Below are positions 17,886 to 26,754 of a stretch of 64,000 nucleotides of DNA, piece after piece. The stretch lies in the IMG/VR virus record IMGVR_UViG_3300005364_000001; one strand, given 5' to 3'. Under the pieces are notes generated by a model that worked only from the letters and a program-made list of their open reading frames with translations, did no database searches and was not told the DNA's origin. Numbering within the stretch: the stretch's first letter is position 1; each line of letters begins with the position of its first letter. A program made the position numbers and the translations under genes. The stretch is from an uncultured virus (IMG/VR IMGVR_UViG_3300005364_000001) (taxonomy: Duplodnaviria > Heunggongvirae > Uroviricota > Caudoviricetes).

Positions 17886-18352
17886 GGGCGTCCCTCCTTG
17901 TGCTTGCGCAGCTGCTCATACCGCCGGATGAAGGCGCTATCGAACAGCTCGAGGGCCTCGCGCAGGGCCTCGCCGGCGATCTTCAGCTCGTCGATCGCGT
18001 CGACGGCGCACTCGACCTCAAAGCGCGCCGTGCCGCTCGAGACGACCAGCGAGTAGAACGCCCCGTTGGGGCCGCGGTCGAGCTCGGCGTGGGCCTCGAT
18101 GGTCAGCCCGTCGTCCGCGTGCCAGCTCAGATCGCCCGGGTCCTGGACCCACTCGAGCGGCGGCGGCGGCCCCTGGCGCGCGTGCTCGCGCAGCATCTGC
18201 GCGCAGTGCCTGAGCGCGGCGTTGCGGTCGGGGTGTGGGCCGCTCTCGAGGACGCGGCGGCCTGCGATCTTGACGATCGCGTAGTGGCCACCGTCGCGCG
18301 CCTCGGTCGCGTACATCACGCTGCTGGGATCATCGGTCGGGGGTGTCGTCAT
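17882..18352 (-). CDS. Hypothetical protein
   Basis: ATG 7 nt after TAGTCT; high GC3. Confidence 0.65.
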   Translation of the reverse strand: MTTPPTDDPSSVMYATEARDGGHYAIVKIAGRRVLESGPHPDRNAALRHCAQMLREHARQGPPPPLEWVQDPGDLSWHADDGLTIEAHAELDRGPNGAFYSLVVSSGTARFEVECAVDAIDELKIAGEALREALELFDSAFIRRYEQLRKHKEGRP

Positions 18353-18362
18353 GCCGTCGAGA

Positions 18363-18590
18363 CTAGCGCAGACGCCCCCGAACGAGCTCGAGGGCCTGCT
18401 CGAGCAGCTGCGCGGCCTCTCCGATCGCCACGCGGTCGGCCCGGTCGACATCTTGGGTGTCGCGCTCGTAGGTGGTGAAGCGATGCCCACACGATCGGCA
18501 CTGGCGCCGCCGGCGCACCGCACCAGGTGACTCGCGCGAATCCCGCGAGTCGACGATCTTCGTGTCGCTCTGGCATCGGCTGCACTGCAC
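18363..18590 (-). CDS. NrdR N-terminal zinc-ribbon-like protein lacking ATP cone
   Basis: C..C...TKIVDSR......VRRRRQC..CG.RFTTYE matches the NrdR N-terminus. Confidence 0.8.
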   Translation of the reverse strand: MQCSRCQSDTKIVDSRDSRESPGAVRRRRQCRSCGHRFTTYERDTQDVDRADRVAIGEAAQLLEQALELVRGRLR

Positions 18591-18599
18591 TTGGGCACC

Positions 18600-19188
18600 T
18601 TACTGCGTCTGCGCCTGATCCTCCTTCATGCCCGCCAGCGTGTCGCCGAGGACCTTGATCGCATCGCGCCGGGCAAGGCTGGTGAGCCACGTGCTGTGAC
18701 CCTTCGCGGCCTGATCGAAGATGGTCAGCACGAAGCCCTCGTGCGGCGCCAGGCGCTCGCCGAGCAGGCGCGCCAGCTCGCGCCCCTTGGCCTCGAGGTG
18801 ATCGAGCAGCGTCACCCCCTCGCGCCGATCCTCGCCCCAGTCGATCACCTGCTTGGCGCGCTGCACGAAGGCGATCGGGTTATGCCCCTGGCCCTCGTTG
18901 CTCGACTCGCTCACGGCCCACGCGGCCAGCATGAGCAGGTCGCGGATATACATCGCCTGCCCGGCGCTCAGGTCTCGGGTGAAGCCCAGGTCCTCGACCA
19001 CGCGATTGAGGCACGCCTGCGCGTCGCGCAGCAGCTCGGGGAAGTTCTTGGGGGGCTCGCCAGTGGCCGGCGCGCTGGAAGGCGACCTGGCGGCTGTAGG
19101 CGTCGATCCCGTCGATGGTCACGCCGTGCTTTCCCACGCGGATCGAGGGCTCGGGGCGCACGCGCGCGCGGGGCTTGGGGCGTGCCAT
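18600..19188 (-). pseudogene. Hypothetical gene with apparent frameshift near 19070-19100
   Basis: Frame from ATG 19188 (GGAG RBS) is coding-like to ~19075; the frame of 18600-19001 is then coding-like well upstream of its first start codon. Confidence 0.45.
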
Positions 19189-19257
19189 TTAGGGCTCCCC
19201 GTAAAGGTTTTCGTGGGGATTCGTCATGCGCGGGACTATCGACTAACGTCCGCCAAC

Positions 19258-19716
19258 ATGACGAGCAAAACCTACCCCGAGCCGCAACCCGATGACGAGA
19301 TCGCCGCCTACCGCGAAGCGCTGCGCGGGCACGTGCACGACGCGCTGCCCCTTGGCATCGTGCGGCCCAGGGGCACGCCGCTGGCGGTCTCGGCACTGCG
19401 TGCCGAAGTGCGCGTGATCGAGCGTGTGCTCGGCACAACGCAGCCGACGCTGCGCGGCGCCGTGGTCGCCGTCGAGTTCCTGCTCGACGAGGCGCAGCGC
19501 GGTCTCGAGGGGCTGCTGCCTGACGGCGTGACCGTCGACTCGGGGCGGCTCGAGTGCCTGTTCACGGCACGCCTGCGCATGCGCGACGCTGCGGCCCGTG
19601 CGGCGCGCGAGTACGGCGAATACGCCGACCTGCGCAAGCGCGAGGGTCTGCCCGTCGAGGAGTACTGGGCCCACGTGGTCGACGCTGCGGCGCGCGCGCT
19701 CGAGGGCCGCCCGTGA
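19258..19716 (+). CDS. Hypothetical protein
   Basis: ATG 8 nt after TAACGT; high GC3. Confidence 0.65.
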   Translation: MTSKTYPEPQPDDEIAAYREALRGHVHDALPLGIVRPRGTPLAVSALRAEVRVIERVLGTTQPTLRGAVVAVEFLLDEAQRGLEGLLPDGVTVDSGRLECLFTARLRMRDAAARAAREYGEYADLRKREGLPVEEYWAHVVDAAARALEGRP

Positions 19717-20024
19717 TGGGGCCGTTTACCAGTCGACCCCGCATAGGGAGCGACGAGGGCGCCGAGCGCGCGAGCAGGCTCAGCGCGAGGCTCGCCACCG
19801 TCTGTAACGAAGAGCTCAAGGGCCTGCTCGCGGTCGATGCCCTGGCGATTGCCATGCAGGCCCTGGGCAGCCTGCTCTTGACGCACCTGGTTGAGAACAT
19901 CGCGGCGACGCGCACGCCGACCGCGGTCGAGGTGATCGAGTACTTCCAGCGCTATCCATGGCAGCGCGCCGCCGAGATCGTGATTGAGCAGCGCACCAAG
20001 CGGACGGGGGGAGGCTTGTCGTGA
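19716..20024 (+). CDS. Hypothetical protein
   Basis: TGATG coupling. Confidence 0.6.
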   Translation: MGPFTSRPRIGSDEGAERASRLSARLATVCNEELKGLLAVDALAIAMQALGSLLLTHLVENIAATRTPTAVEVIEYFQRYPWQRAAEIVIEQRTKRTGGGLS

Positions 20025-20311
20025 TCGACGATCAGGACGTCGTCCTGCTCTCGACTGAGGTCGCGCTCGAGGGCCTCAAGGTCGACGAGGGGCACGTGCA
20101 CTGCTTGGTCCAGAGGGCGGGGCTGGCCGAGCTGGCCTTGATCGGCGCCGACTGGCCTCTCACCGAGGTGCGCGCGCTATTCGACCTGCACGGCGCCGAG
20201 CTCGCCGGACCCGGCGCCTTTCACATGGGGCACGGGATCGTCGTACGCGCGGGCGGTGTGTTCTTCGCCACGCGCAGCGACTGGGAGATCCCCACCCGCT
20301 CGAGCAGGTGA
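20021..20311 (+). CDS. Hypothetical protein
   Basis: GGAGG RBS, GTGA coupling. Confidence 0.65.
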   Translation: MIDDQDVVLLSTEVALEGLKVDEGHVHCLVQRAGLAELALIGADWPLTEVRALFDLHGAELAGPGAFHMGHGIVVRAGGVFFATRSDWEIPTRSSR

Positions 20312-20316
20312 GCGCC

Positions 20317-20607
20317 CTACCCCGCGAGCGCACCGCGGCCGCTGAGCAGGCACTCAAAGCAGACGCCGTCCTGGCCGCCGTTGGCGGTCGTGGTCTCGTC
20401 GCAGCTGGTGCACGTGAAGACGCCGCACGCGCCGCACGAGCCATCCTTCGCGAGCACGTGCGCGCACGCAGGGCAGCCGCGCGGGCGACCCGCGACCTGC
20501 GATCCGAACGTGAGCTGCTTGGCCCTGCGCGGGCGGGTGCGGGCGTTGCCGAGCAGGCGCTCGAGCGCGGCCGGATCGCGAAACGCGACCCCGTGGCGAG
20601 AAGGCAT
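20317..20607 (-). CDS. Multi-CxxC zinc-finger protein
   Basis: Four CxxC pairs; GGAGG RBS. Confidence 0.65.
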   Translation of the reverse strand: MPSRHGVAFRDPAALERLLGNARTRPRRAKQLTFGSQVAGRPRGCPACAHVLAKDGSCGACGVFTCTSCDETTTANGGQDGVCFECLLSGRGALAG

Positions 20608-20670
20608 GGGGGGAACCTCCAGCGCTCGGGTGTAGCGGCTGGCCGATCGGCTGTCCAACGCGGGGCCCGG

Positions 20671-21126
20671 TTACGGCTCGAGCTGCACGCCGGCGGGGGC
20701 GCGCGCGAACCCGCACGCTCGATGCAGCCCGAACGGCAGCGACCACTGAGGCGGCAACACGAACAGGTGGTACATGTCCACCTGATCCATGACGTCGCCC
20801 TGACGCGGGTAGACCTGCACCGCTTCGGCGTCGACGCCGACGAGCTCGTTCTTGATCCGCTGGAGGTCCTGCCAGCTCGGCTCGAGGCCGGTGCCGCGCC
20901 CAGCCTCGGCGACGCTGCGGATCATGAGGTGCACCATCTCGCCGAGCGCACACGAGAAGAAGCACACCTGCACGATCCAGAAGTCATTGCGCACGACGCG
21001 CGCGACGTCGCGCATGGCTTGAAGCTTGACGCGCAGCTCGTCGGGGATGGGCAGGTCCTGCCAGTCCCAAGACTTGCGCTGGCGCGATTGACTCATCGCC
21101 GCACGTCGTTGCCATCGGTTGCTCAT
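20671..21126 (-). CDS. Conserved phage protein (SW.DLQRIKNEL.G...EAV..YP...HL type)
   Basis: Recognisable conserved motif; ATGA-coupled to the ParA partner. Confidence 0.7.
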   Translation of the reverse strand: MSNRWQRRAAMSQSRQRKSWDWQDLPIPDELRVKLQAMRDVARVVRNDFWIVQVCFFSCALGEMVHLMIRSVAEAGRGTGLEPSWQDLQRIKNELVGVDAEAVQVYPRQGDVMDQVDMYHLFVLPPQWSLPFGLHRACGFARAPAGVQLEP

Positions 21127-21671
21127 GTCCCTCTGCCGCCTTTCCCGTAGTCGCCCTCGCGCTCGGCCTTCTGCCGCTTGAGCACGTCGATCGCGCGCCT
21201 GAGTATGTGCTCGGCCCAGACGTGGCGACTGACGCCGCGAGGCAGCAGTCCCGGTACCTCGCGCCAAAGCTCGTCGAAATCGGCGCGGGCCGTGAACGAC
21301 TGCTTGATCATCTCGACCTTCTGGCCGGTCGTGGGGTCGATGCGCCGGGTCTCGTAGGGCTTGAGCCGCGAGCCGGCTCGGCTGCCGCGCTTGGGCTTGT
21401 CCGGTTTCCCCGCGGGGAAGCTGGCCGCCTGCACCGCGGGGGCTTTGGGCGGTTTCCCCGCGGGCGGGCTGAGCTCGTCATCCGCGGGGAGCTCGGGCAG
21501 CTGCCCCGCGGGGACGGCGGCAGGCTGCACTTCCGGTTTTTCGACCTCGCTCGAGGATTTATCCGTGGGTTTTCCCGGCGACTGGTCATAAGAGCCAGGG
21601 TCGTCGAGGGGCGGCGGCTCGGGCACCAGGAGGCCGATCGTCGAGCGCAGGTGCGTCTTCGGTGGCGTCAT
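21123..21671 (-). CDS. Putative centromere-binding adaptor (type Ib ParB/ParG-like): disordered N-terminus, C-terminal RHH-like domain
   Basis: ATGA-coupled to parA; Pro-rich N-terminus; KQSFTA strand followed by two helices. Confidence 0.65.
   Translation of the reverse strand: MTPPKTHLRSTIGLLVPEPPPLDDPGSYDQSPGKPTDKSSSEVEKPEVQPAAVPAGQLPELPADDELSPPAGKPPKAPAVQAASFPAGKPDKPKRGSRAGSRLKPYETRRIDPTTGQKVEMIKQSFTARADFDELWREVPGLLPRGVSRHVWAEHILRRAIDVLKRQKAEREGDYGKGGRGT
21407..21514. repeat. Five 24-bp-spaced copies of the TCCCCGCGGGGA palindrome inside the adaptor CDS
   Basis: CGCG cores at 21411, 21435, 21459, 21483, 21507. Confidence 0.85.
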
Positions 21672-22483
21672 ACAACCCCCCGTTCGCGCAGCTCGCGGGC
21701 GACGGCGCGGTAGTCGGCGGCGGCGATCGAGCGCGGGGCGTGCGCCGTGATCGGCTTGCCCGCATTCCAGGCCGGGGCGATCGTCTTGCTGATCCGAATC
21801 GTGGTGCGCAGCAGGAGGCCCCCCGCCTTCTGCACCAGCTCCTCGTGAATCACGCGCGCCTCGCTCGAGGTCTTGGCCCAGCTCTCGGTCTTGATCTCGA
21901 GCACGCCGGCCAGCCTCAGCGACGGGTTCATCCTGAGCCGGACGTATTTGGTGACCTCCTCGCTGATCGCGCGCAGGCCATCGAGGCCGAGCGCGTCGCG
22001 TTCGCACGGGACCAGCACGTGGGAGGCAGCCAGCAGCGCGGCGCCGCTGAGCCGGCCAAGCGCCGGCGGGCAGTCGAGGACGACGACGTCGTAGGGCTCG
22101 GGCTCGCCCTGGCGCTGCTCGAGCGCGTCGCGCAGCGCGAGCTCGGCGCCGGGCTCGCTGCGCATGTGCTCGTCGGCCTGCGCCATATCGGCGGCCGCGG
22201 ACAGCACGTCGACGCCGAAGTCGGTGCTGACCACGACCCGGGCGATCGGCACGTGGTAGCGCAGGACGTGAAAGGCGCCTGAGCCGCGCGCGAAGTCGAC
22301 GGCGACGCCGAGGTGCTGCGTCGCGTGCCCTTGCGGGTCGAGGTCGACCAGCAGCACGCGCAGGCCGAGCTCGGCGAGCGCGGCGGCCAGGTTGGCGGCG
22401 GTGGTCGTCTTGGCGACCCCACCCTTTCGAGAGGCGACGGCCACGATAGGCGGCGCCGGCGGCGGTTTGGTTGTGTCTGGCAT
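21668..22483 (-). CDS. parA: ParA/Soj family partition ATPase
   Basis: KGGVAKTT deviant Walker A, VLLVDLDPQG, YDVVVLDCPP. Confidence 0.95.
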   Translation of the reverse strand: MPDTTKPPPAPPIVAVASRKGGVAKTTTAANLAAALAELGLRVLLVDLDPQGHATQHLGVAVDFARGSGAFHVLRYHVPIARVVVSTDFGVDVLSAAADMAQADEHMRSEPGAELALRDALEQRQGEPEPYDVVVLDCPPALGRLSGAALLAASHVLVPCERDALGLDGLRAISEEVTKYVRLRMNPSLRLAGVLEIKTESWAKTSSEARVIHEELVQKAGGLLLRTTIRISKTIAPAWNAGKPITAHAPRSIAAADYRAVARELRERGVV

Positions 22484-22546
22484 AGGTGCCCGGGAACCTA
22501 CACGGCCCCCGTGGCACTGGTCAAAGCCCTGCCCCGCGTCGAGGAC

Positions 22547-22847
22547 GCCCCGCGTACCCGAGGCGCCGCTTCCACGCGGGGACAAGCCGCTGTGTCCCCG
22601 CGGACCGACCCGCCAGTATCCCCGCGGGGATGACTCACATCATGCCCGCGGCGCCGCGGCGTAGTTTCCCCGCGGGGATGCAGGCCAGCGGGCACGCGGG
22701 GGACGGGTAACCGTTTCCCCGCGGGGATGAGGCGCTCGCGTGACGCGGGCCAGATGGCCTAGTTCCCCGCGGGGAAGCTGAGCAAACGCACCGCGTAGAA
22801 GGGGCCCGGATTCCCCGCGGGGCCGCTGCGCACGAGACCCGCGGGGA
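22547..22847. repeat. Array of 13 palindromes (consensus TCCCCGCGGGGA) with 24-bp period; putative parS centromere
   Basis: CGCG cores at 22551, 22575, 22599, 22623, 22647, 22671, 22695, 22720, 22744, 22768, 22792, 22816, 22840. Confidence 0.9.
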
Positions 22848-22887
22848 GGCTGGTATGGGCGAGCAAACCGGCGGCCGATGGCTTAGA

Positions 22888-23133
22888 ATGAGCAGCGCTA
22901 TGAGCCTGAGCCTCGTTGCGTCGAATGGCGTCCTAGTCGGCCCTGTTCCGGGGCGGTCGAGGGCGCCCTTGGGCGTGGCTGAGCGGCCGGTCTGGGATGC
23001 CGTCCTGGTGCACTGCGTGCGCTGCGCCGCCGATGCGCATGTGGTCGTGCGGAGCGCCGTTTCGCGCGACGCGATTCGGTGCCCGGTTTGTGCGCAGCGT
23101 GGTAGCTGTAGGGCGGTCGGGCTCGACGACTAA
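22888..23133 (+). CDS. Small zinc-ribbon protein
   Basis: CVRC and CPVC; start uncertain. Confidence 0.5.
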   Translation: MSSAMSLSLVASNGVLVGPVPGRSRAPLGVAERPVWDAVLVHCVRCAADAHVVVRSAVSRDAIRCPVCAQRGSCRAVGLDD

Positions 23134-23154
23134 CCCGGGGGGTGGGCGGTGCTC

Positions 23155-23331
23155 ATGGGGGGGATCCAGCGGCTCATGGGCCGCATCGCTTGCGTCCTGG
23201 GCATGCACGCCACCAGGCCGATCAGCGAATCCAAGCGGTCGCGCTGGCGGCTGTTTCGGGCGCCGGAGATCGTGCTCGAGCAGTGCGAGCACTGCGGGCG
23301 GGTCTGGGAGCGCTGGGAGGGGGGTTGCTGA
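23155..23331 (+). CDS. Small C-x2-G-x-H...CxxC protein
   Basis: CVLGMH and CEHCG. Confidence 0.55.
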   Translation: MGGIQRLMGRIACVLGMHATRPISESKRSRWRLFRAPEIVLEQCEHCGRVWERWEGGC

Positions 23332-23657
23332 CAGCAGCCGAGCTTGCGGCGGGCGATGCCCTGGCGGCGGCGAGCGTCGACGAGCTGCGCGAGGCCATGG
23401 GCAGGATGCCGAGCTATCAGCGGGCGGCGGTGCGCTGGCTGGCCCGCGAGCTCGAGCTCGGCCGGGCCGGGGCGCCCCAGGGGCTGAGCGAGCGGGAGCG
23501 GGCCTTGCAGTTGGCGTTGCTCGACCGCTCGCGGCTCGAGCGCGAGATCGCGAGCTCGGCTGCCACGGCCGAGCAGAAGGCCTTCATGCAACAGCACATT
23601 TCGCACCTTTGGCGCCAGCTACTCGAGGCCTCGCGGGGCCCCGTGATAAGCAGGTAA
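23325..23657 (+). CDS. Hypothetical protein
   Basis: TTG after GGAGG; coding-like. Confidence 0.5.
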   Translation: MLTAAELAAGDALAAASVDELREAMGRMPSYQRAAVRWLARELELGRAGAPQGLSERERALQLALLDRSRLEREIASSAATAEQKAFMQQHISHLWRQLLEASRGPVISR

Positions 23658-23661
23658 GCCA

Positions 23662-23997
23662 GTGTCGCCCCCGATCAAGCTGCCCGCCCGTCGAGCTCGC
23701 CGCGCATACCTGGCGCAGCGCCGGCGTGAGGAGCGGCAGGAGGCCGCGCACGCCTGCCGGGTGCACGCCTCGGCGCGGCAGGCGGGCGTCGACCCCGGCC
23801 AGGAGCTCAGCGTGGGGGTGCTGTTCTTTCACGACCTGCACCGGGTGCTGGGCGAGCCGAGCTGCCCGAAGTGCCCTGAGTGCCTCGCGCTCAAGCGAGA
23901 CGGGCGTATTGAGGCCAACCGGCCCGACCGCGCCGAGGTGCTCGCCTATTGGGAGCGCGTGATCGCCAGGCACAAGGAGCGCACCCATGGTTGTTGA
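23662..23997 (+). CDS. Hypothetical zinc-binding protein
   Basis: C..H and C..C..C motifs. Confidence 0.55.
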   Translation: MSPPIKLPARRARRAYLAQRRREERQEAAHACRVHASARQAGVDPGQELSVGVLFFHDLHRVLGEPSCPKCPECLALKRDGRIEANRPDRAEVLAYWERVIARHKERTHGC

Positions 23998-24247
23998 CGA
24001 GCTCGAGCTGATCCTGCGCCGTGAGGCGATCTACACGAAGATGAAGGTGGCCTCCGAGACCTTCGCGCCCGGGCGGGTCGTGCTGATCGTGATGCTCGAG
24101 GGCGAGGCGCACGTGCAGATCGAAGCGCCGGGCGCCGAGGAGCTCGAGCAGGTGTACGAGACGGGACAGAAGGCGCTGTATGCACTGGCGAGCTTCCTCG
24201 AGCGGTACCGGCCCGAGCTCGAGCGTAAGAAGGCGCAACAGGCGTAA
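23987..24247 (+). CDS. Hypothetical protein
   Basis: AAGGAG RBS, high GC3. Confidence 0.7.
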   Translation: MVVDELELILRREAIYTKMKVASETFAPGRVVLIVMLEGEAHVQIEAPGAEELEQVYETGQKALYALASFLERYRPELERKKAQQA

Positions 24248-24280
24248 GGCCTCGGGTACACTCGCGCCCGGGGGGCAAGC

Positions 24281-24679
24281 ATGTCGACGGGTCAGATCCT
24301 GAGCACGCGCATCCTGAGCGCGATCCCGACGGGCGCCAGCACCAGTCTCTCTGACTGCCAGCCGATCACCGTCGACACGGAGGACCGCTTCCTCGCCGTG
24401 CAGGTGATCCTCGAGGGCGTCGGCGGCGCGGCGCTGAGCGATGCGCTTGTCGGCACGATCGAGCTCTGGTGCACCAGCGCCGAGGGCATCGAGTATTCGC
24501 AGGTCACCGGCACGCGCGTCGTTGAGGAGCTCGCGAAGGTTGCCATGACGGGCACCAACGCACGCATCTCGGGCTGGGCGATCCTCGATGGGGTGCCGGG
24601 CGCCTTCGCCAAGCTGCTGTTCCGGCGCACGAGCGGCGGCGGCGGTAACTCGCGGCTCTCCTTGATCGCGTCGACCTGA
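24281..24679 (+). CDS. Beta-rich hypothetical (possible virion) protein
   Basis: High GC3; alternating hydrophobic pattern. Confidence 0.65.
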   Translation: MSTGQILSTRILSAIPTGASTSLSDCQPITVDTEDRFLAVQVILEGVGGAALSDALVGTIELWCTSAEGIEYSQVTGTRVVEELAKVAMTGTNARISGWAILDGVPGAFAKLLFRRTSGGGGNSRLSLIAST

Positions 24680-24685
24680 AGGCTC

Positions 24686-26233
24686 ATGGCACGCCTAGCA
24701 CGCAGGGCGGCGGGGTGGTGCGGCGGCGATCGACTCGCCGTCAACTGCGCCGGCGTCGAGGGCCAGCGCGACCCCGTGAGTCGGTCGATCTACGCACTGA
24801 GCGGCTTCAGCGGCGCCAGCTACTACAAGTCGGCGAGCGGCGGCGGCGAGCCAGGCGCCAGCACGGGCTTCGGCTATCTGATCGCCTTTCGCCTGCGCGC
24901 TGCCGTCGCGGCGACGAGCGTGCTTCTGCGCAGACTGGCCGGCAACAGCGGCTATCAGCTTTACTTAGGCGCAGGCGCCACCGGCACCGCGCACTTCGGC
25001 ACGGGCGGCGCGCTCGGCGGATTCCCGCTCGGCTTGTCGGCGAGCGACGTGGGGCGTGTGCATGTATTCGTCCTGCGCTTGACGCCCATGCCTGGCACCA
25101 TCGAAGGGTTGATCGATGGATCGTGGCGGCCAGCCATTGGACTTGGGGCCTATGCACCGGGCGCAGGCGTCCCAACCGCACTGGGCAACGATGAGACGGG
25201 CGCGAACGCGTCGCCCGACATCGACATCCTCGGCGCATTGACGTTTACCGGCAATCCCTCGCAGGCGCAGCTCGACGCGCTAGTGGCCGACACGCGCGCG
25301 CGCAACGGCGTGCCGCCTGAGTCGCTGGCGGGCGGCACCATCACGCATCGCTGGTCTGTCGCGGATGAGCTGCGCGGCAGCGCCGTGGTTGACGGCCAAG
25401 CTGCACCAGCCCAGCTCACGGACACCGTAACGCTTGCGGCTGGCCATGCACTGGTGCGACAGGGCTCGCCGATCGTGCGCGTGATCGACCCCGCCACTGC
25501 TCGCTGGGCTTATGAGAACTACCCGATCATGTACGGCGTGGGTGCGTTTCTCGAGGGCGACTATCTCGAGACCCCGGGCGGGCTAGCGGGCTCGCCGGCA
25601 GGGTGCTGGTTTGCGTGCCTGTTCCGCGTCGAGACGCAGGCCATCACGGGCCGCGTGCGCGTCCTGATGAGCAAGTCGAACGGCAACAACGCGGGCTGGG
25701 ACCTGCGCACGAGTGGCACCAACTCCATCGCCACCTTTACGGCCACCGATGCGGGCGGCGTGGGCGCAGCCGGTCCGGGCGCAACGATCACAGCGTCCGA
25801 CGTGGGACGGCTGCTCTTGCTGATCGGGACGTGGGACGGCGCCAAGATGCACGTCTATTTCAAGCGCGCCGAAGTCGCGACCGGGCTCGCTCGCTCGGGC
25901 TGGAGTAACTCGCCGACGGCGCCTATGCGCCTTGGCCGGCACTCCGCAGCAGCCAATATCAACGCGAACAGCGTCTCGCTCTTCGGCGCCGCGATGGGCG
26001 ACGGCGTTCTGTCGCTCGCCGAGGTCCAGGCGCTGCACGACGCCTGCCAGACGCAGGAGCGCATGGTCGCCGTGCCTGGCAAGACAGCCACTCTCTACGA
26101 CTTCACGAGCGACATCGCGGCTAACGGTGGCGTGATGCCGGCAACGCTGCTCGACCGCATCGGAACGGACAATCTAGCGCGCGTCGGGGCACCGACTGCA
26201 ATGCCGATGAACACACGCGCATGGGGGTATTGA
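24686..26233 (+). CDS. Protein with two LamG/concanavalin-like repeats (possible virion adhesin)
   Basis: Duplicated ASDVGR and S.A...AL motifs, GTWDG...Y; true start may be GTG 24776. Confidence 0.65.
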   Translation: MARLARRAAGWCGGDRLAVNCAGVEGQRDPVSRSIYALSGFSGASYYKSASGGGEPGASTGFGYLIAFRLRAAVAATSVLLRRLAGNSGYQLYLGAGATGTAHFGTGGALGGFPLGLSASDVGRVHVFVLRLTPMPGTIEGLIDGSWRPAIGLGAYAPGAGVPTALGNDETGANASPDIDILGALTFTGNPSQAQLDALVADTRARNGVPPESLAGGTITHRWSVADELRGSAVVDGQAAPAQLTDTVTLAAGHALVRQGSPIVRVIDPATARWAYENYPIMYGVGAFLEGDYLETPGGLAGSPAGCWFACLFRVETQAITGRVRVLMSKSNGNNAGWDLRTSGTNSIATFTATDAGGVGAAGPGATITASDVGRLLLLIGTWDGAKMHVYFKRAEVATGLARSGWSNSPTAPMRLGRHSAAANINANSVSLFGAAMGDGVLSLAEVQALHDACQTQERMVAVPGKTATLYDFTSDIAANGGVMPATLLDRIGTDNLARVGAPTAMPMNTRAWGY

Positions 26234-26234
26234 G

Positions 26235-26564
26235 ATGGAACGTCTAGAAGTCAGCGAGCAGACGCGGCAGGCATGCGACGAGTTCAAGTCGACCTACACG
26301 CAGTTCGACCCTGATGGTCTCATCTACGCGGGGTCGAATCTCGTCGTCGATGATCACCTGCAGATCGACAACTCCTGGAGCGGCGTGGTGCTTGGCGGCG
26401 AGGGCGGCGCAGTCTGGTTTTGCGTGCCGGACTGGGGCGATTTGATCATGCCGATCGGGCTCGTTGACTACGTGACCGACCGCGCCGGACCGGGCGGGCA
26501 AGGGATGCCCATCTTCGACCCGACCGAGCTGCCCGACCCAGGCGACGAAGGAGACGTGCCATGA
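26235..26564 (+). CDS. Acidic hypothetical protein
   Basis: Abuts previous stop; ATGA coupling to next. Confidence 0.65.
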   Translation: MERLEVSEQTRQACDEFKSTYTQFDPDGLIYAGSNLVVDDHLQIDNSWSGVVLGGEGGAVWFCVPDWGDLIMPIGLVDYVTDRAGPGGQGMPIFDPTELPDPGDEGDVP

Positions 26565-26707
26565 CGCAGCCGCAAAAAGACAAGGCCCCGCGCAGCCTCA
26601 AGGACGCGCTGCACGAGGCGATCAAGAAGCTGCCGCACGACCAGCAGCAGAACGCGCGCAAGGTGCTGCGCGAGAAGGGCGTGCTTCAGGATCACGACCG
26701 CCCCTAA
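26561..26707 (+). CDS. Small basic protein (48 aa, not in ORF track)
   Basis: AAGGAG RBS, MTQPQKDKAPRSLKDAL... Confidence 0.6.
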   Translation: MTQPQKDKAPRSLKDALHEAIKKLPHDQQQNARKVLREKGVLQDHDRP

Positions 26708-26754
26708 AGGTCGCGGGGCGCGGTCGGGGCAGATGAAAAACTGAGGGGAGGCCC

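Noticed and set aside
21668..22585. Long N-terminal extensions of parA and the 464-aa ORF 21123-22517
   Set aside because: Better starts at 22483 and 21671 (ATGA coupling); the extensions overlap parA or the repeat array
22547..22847. CRISPR array (TTCCCCGC...GCGGGGAT resembles the type I-E repeat stem)
   Set aside because: Unit is only 24 bp (12 repeat + 12 spacer), has no loop, is degenerate, has no cas genes nearby, and recurs inside a CDS next to parA
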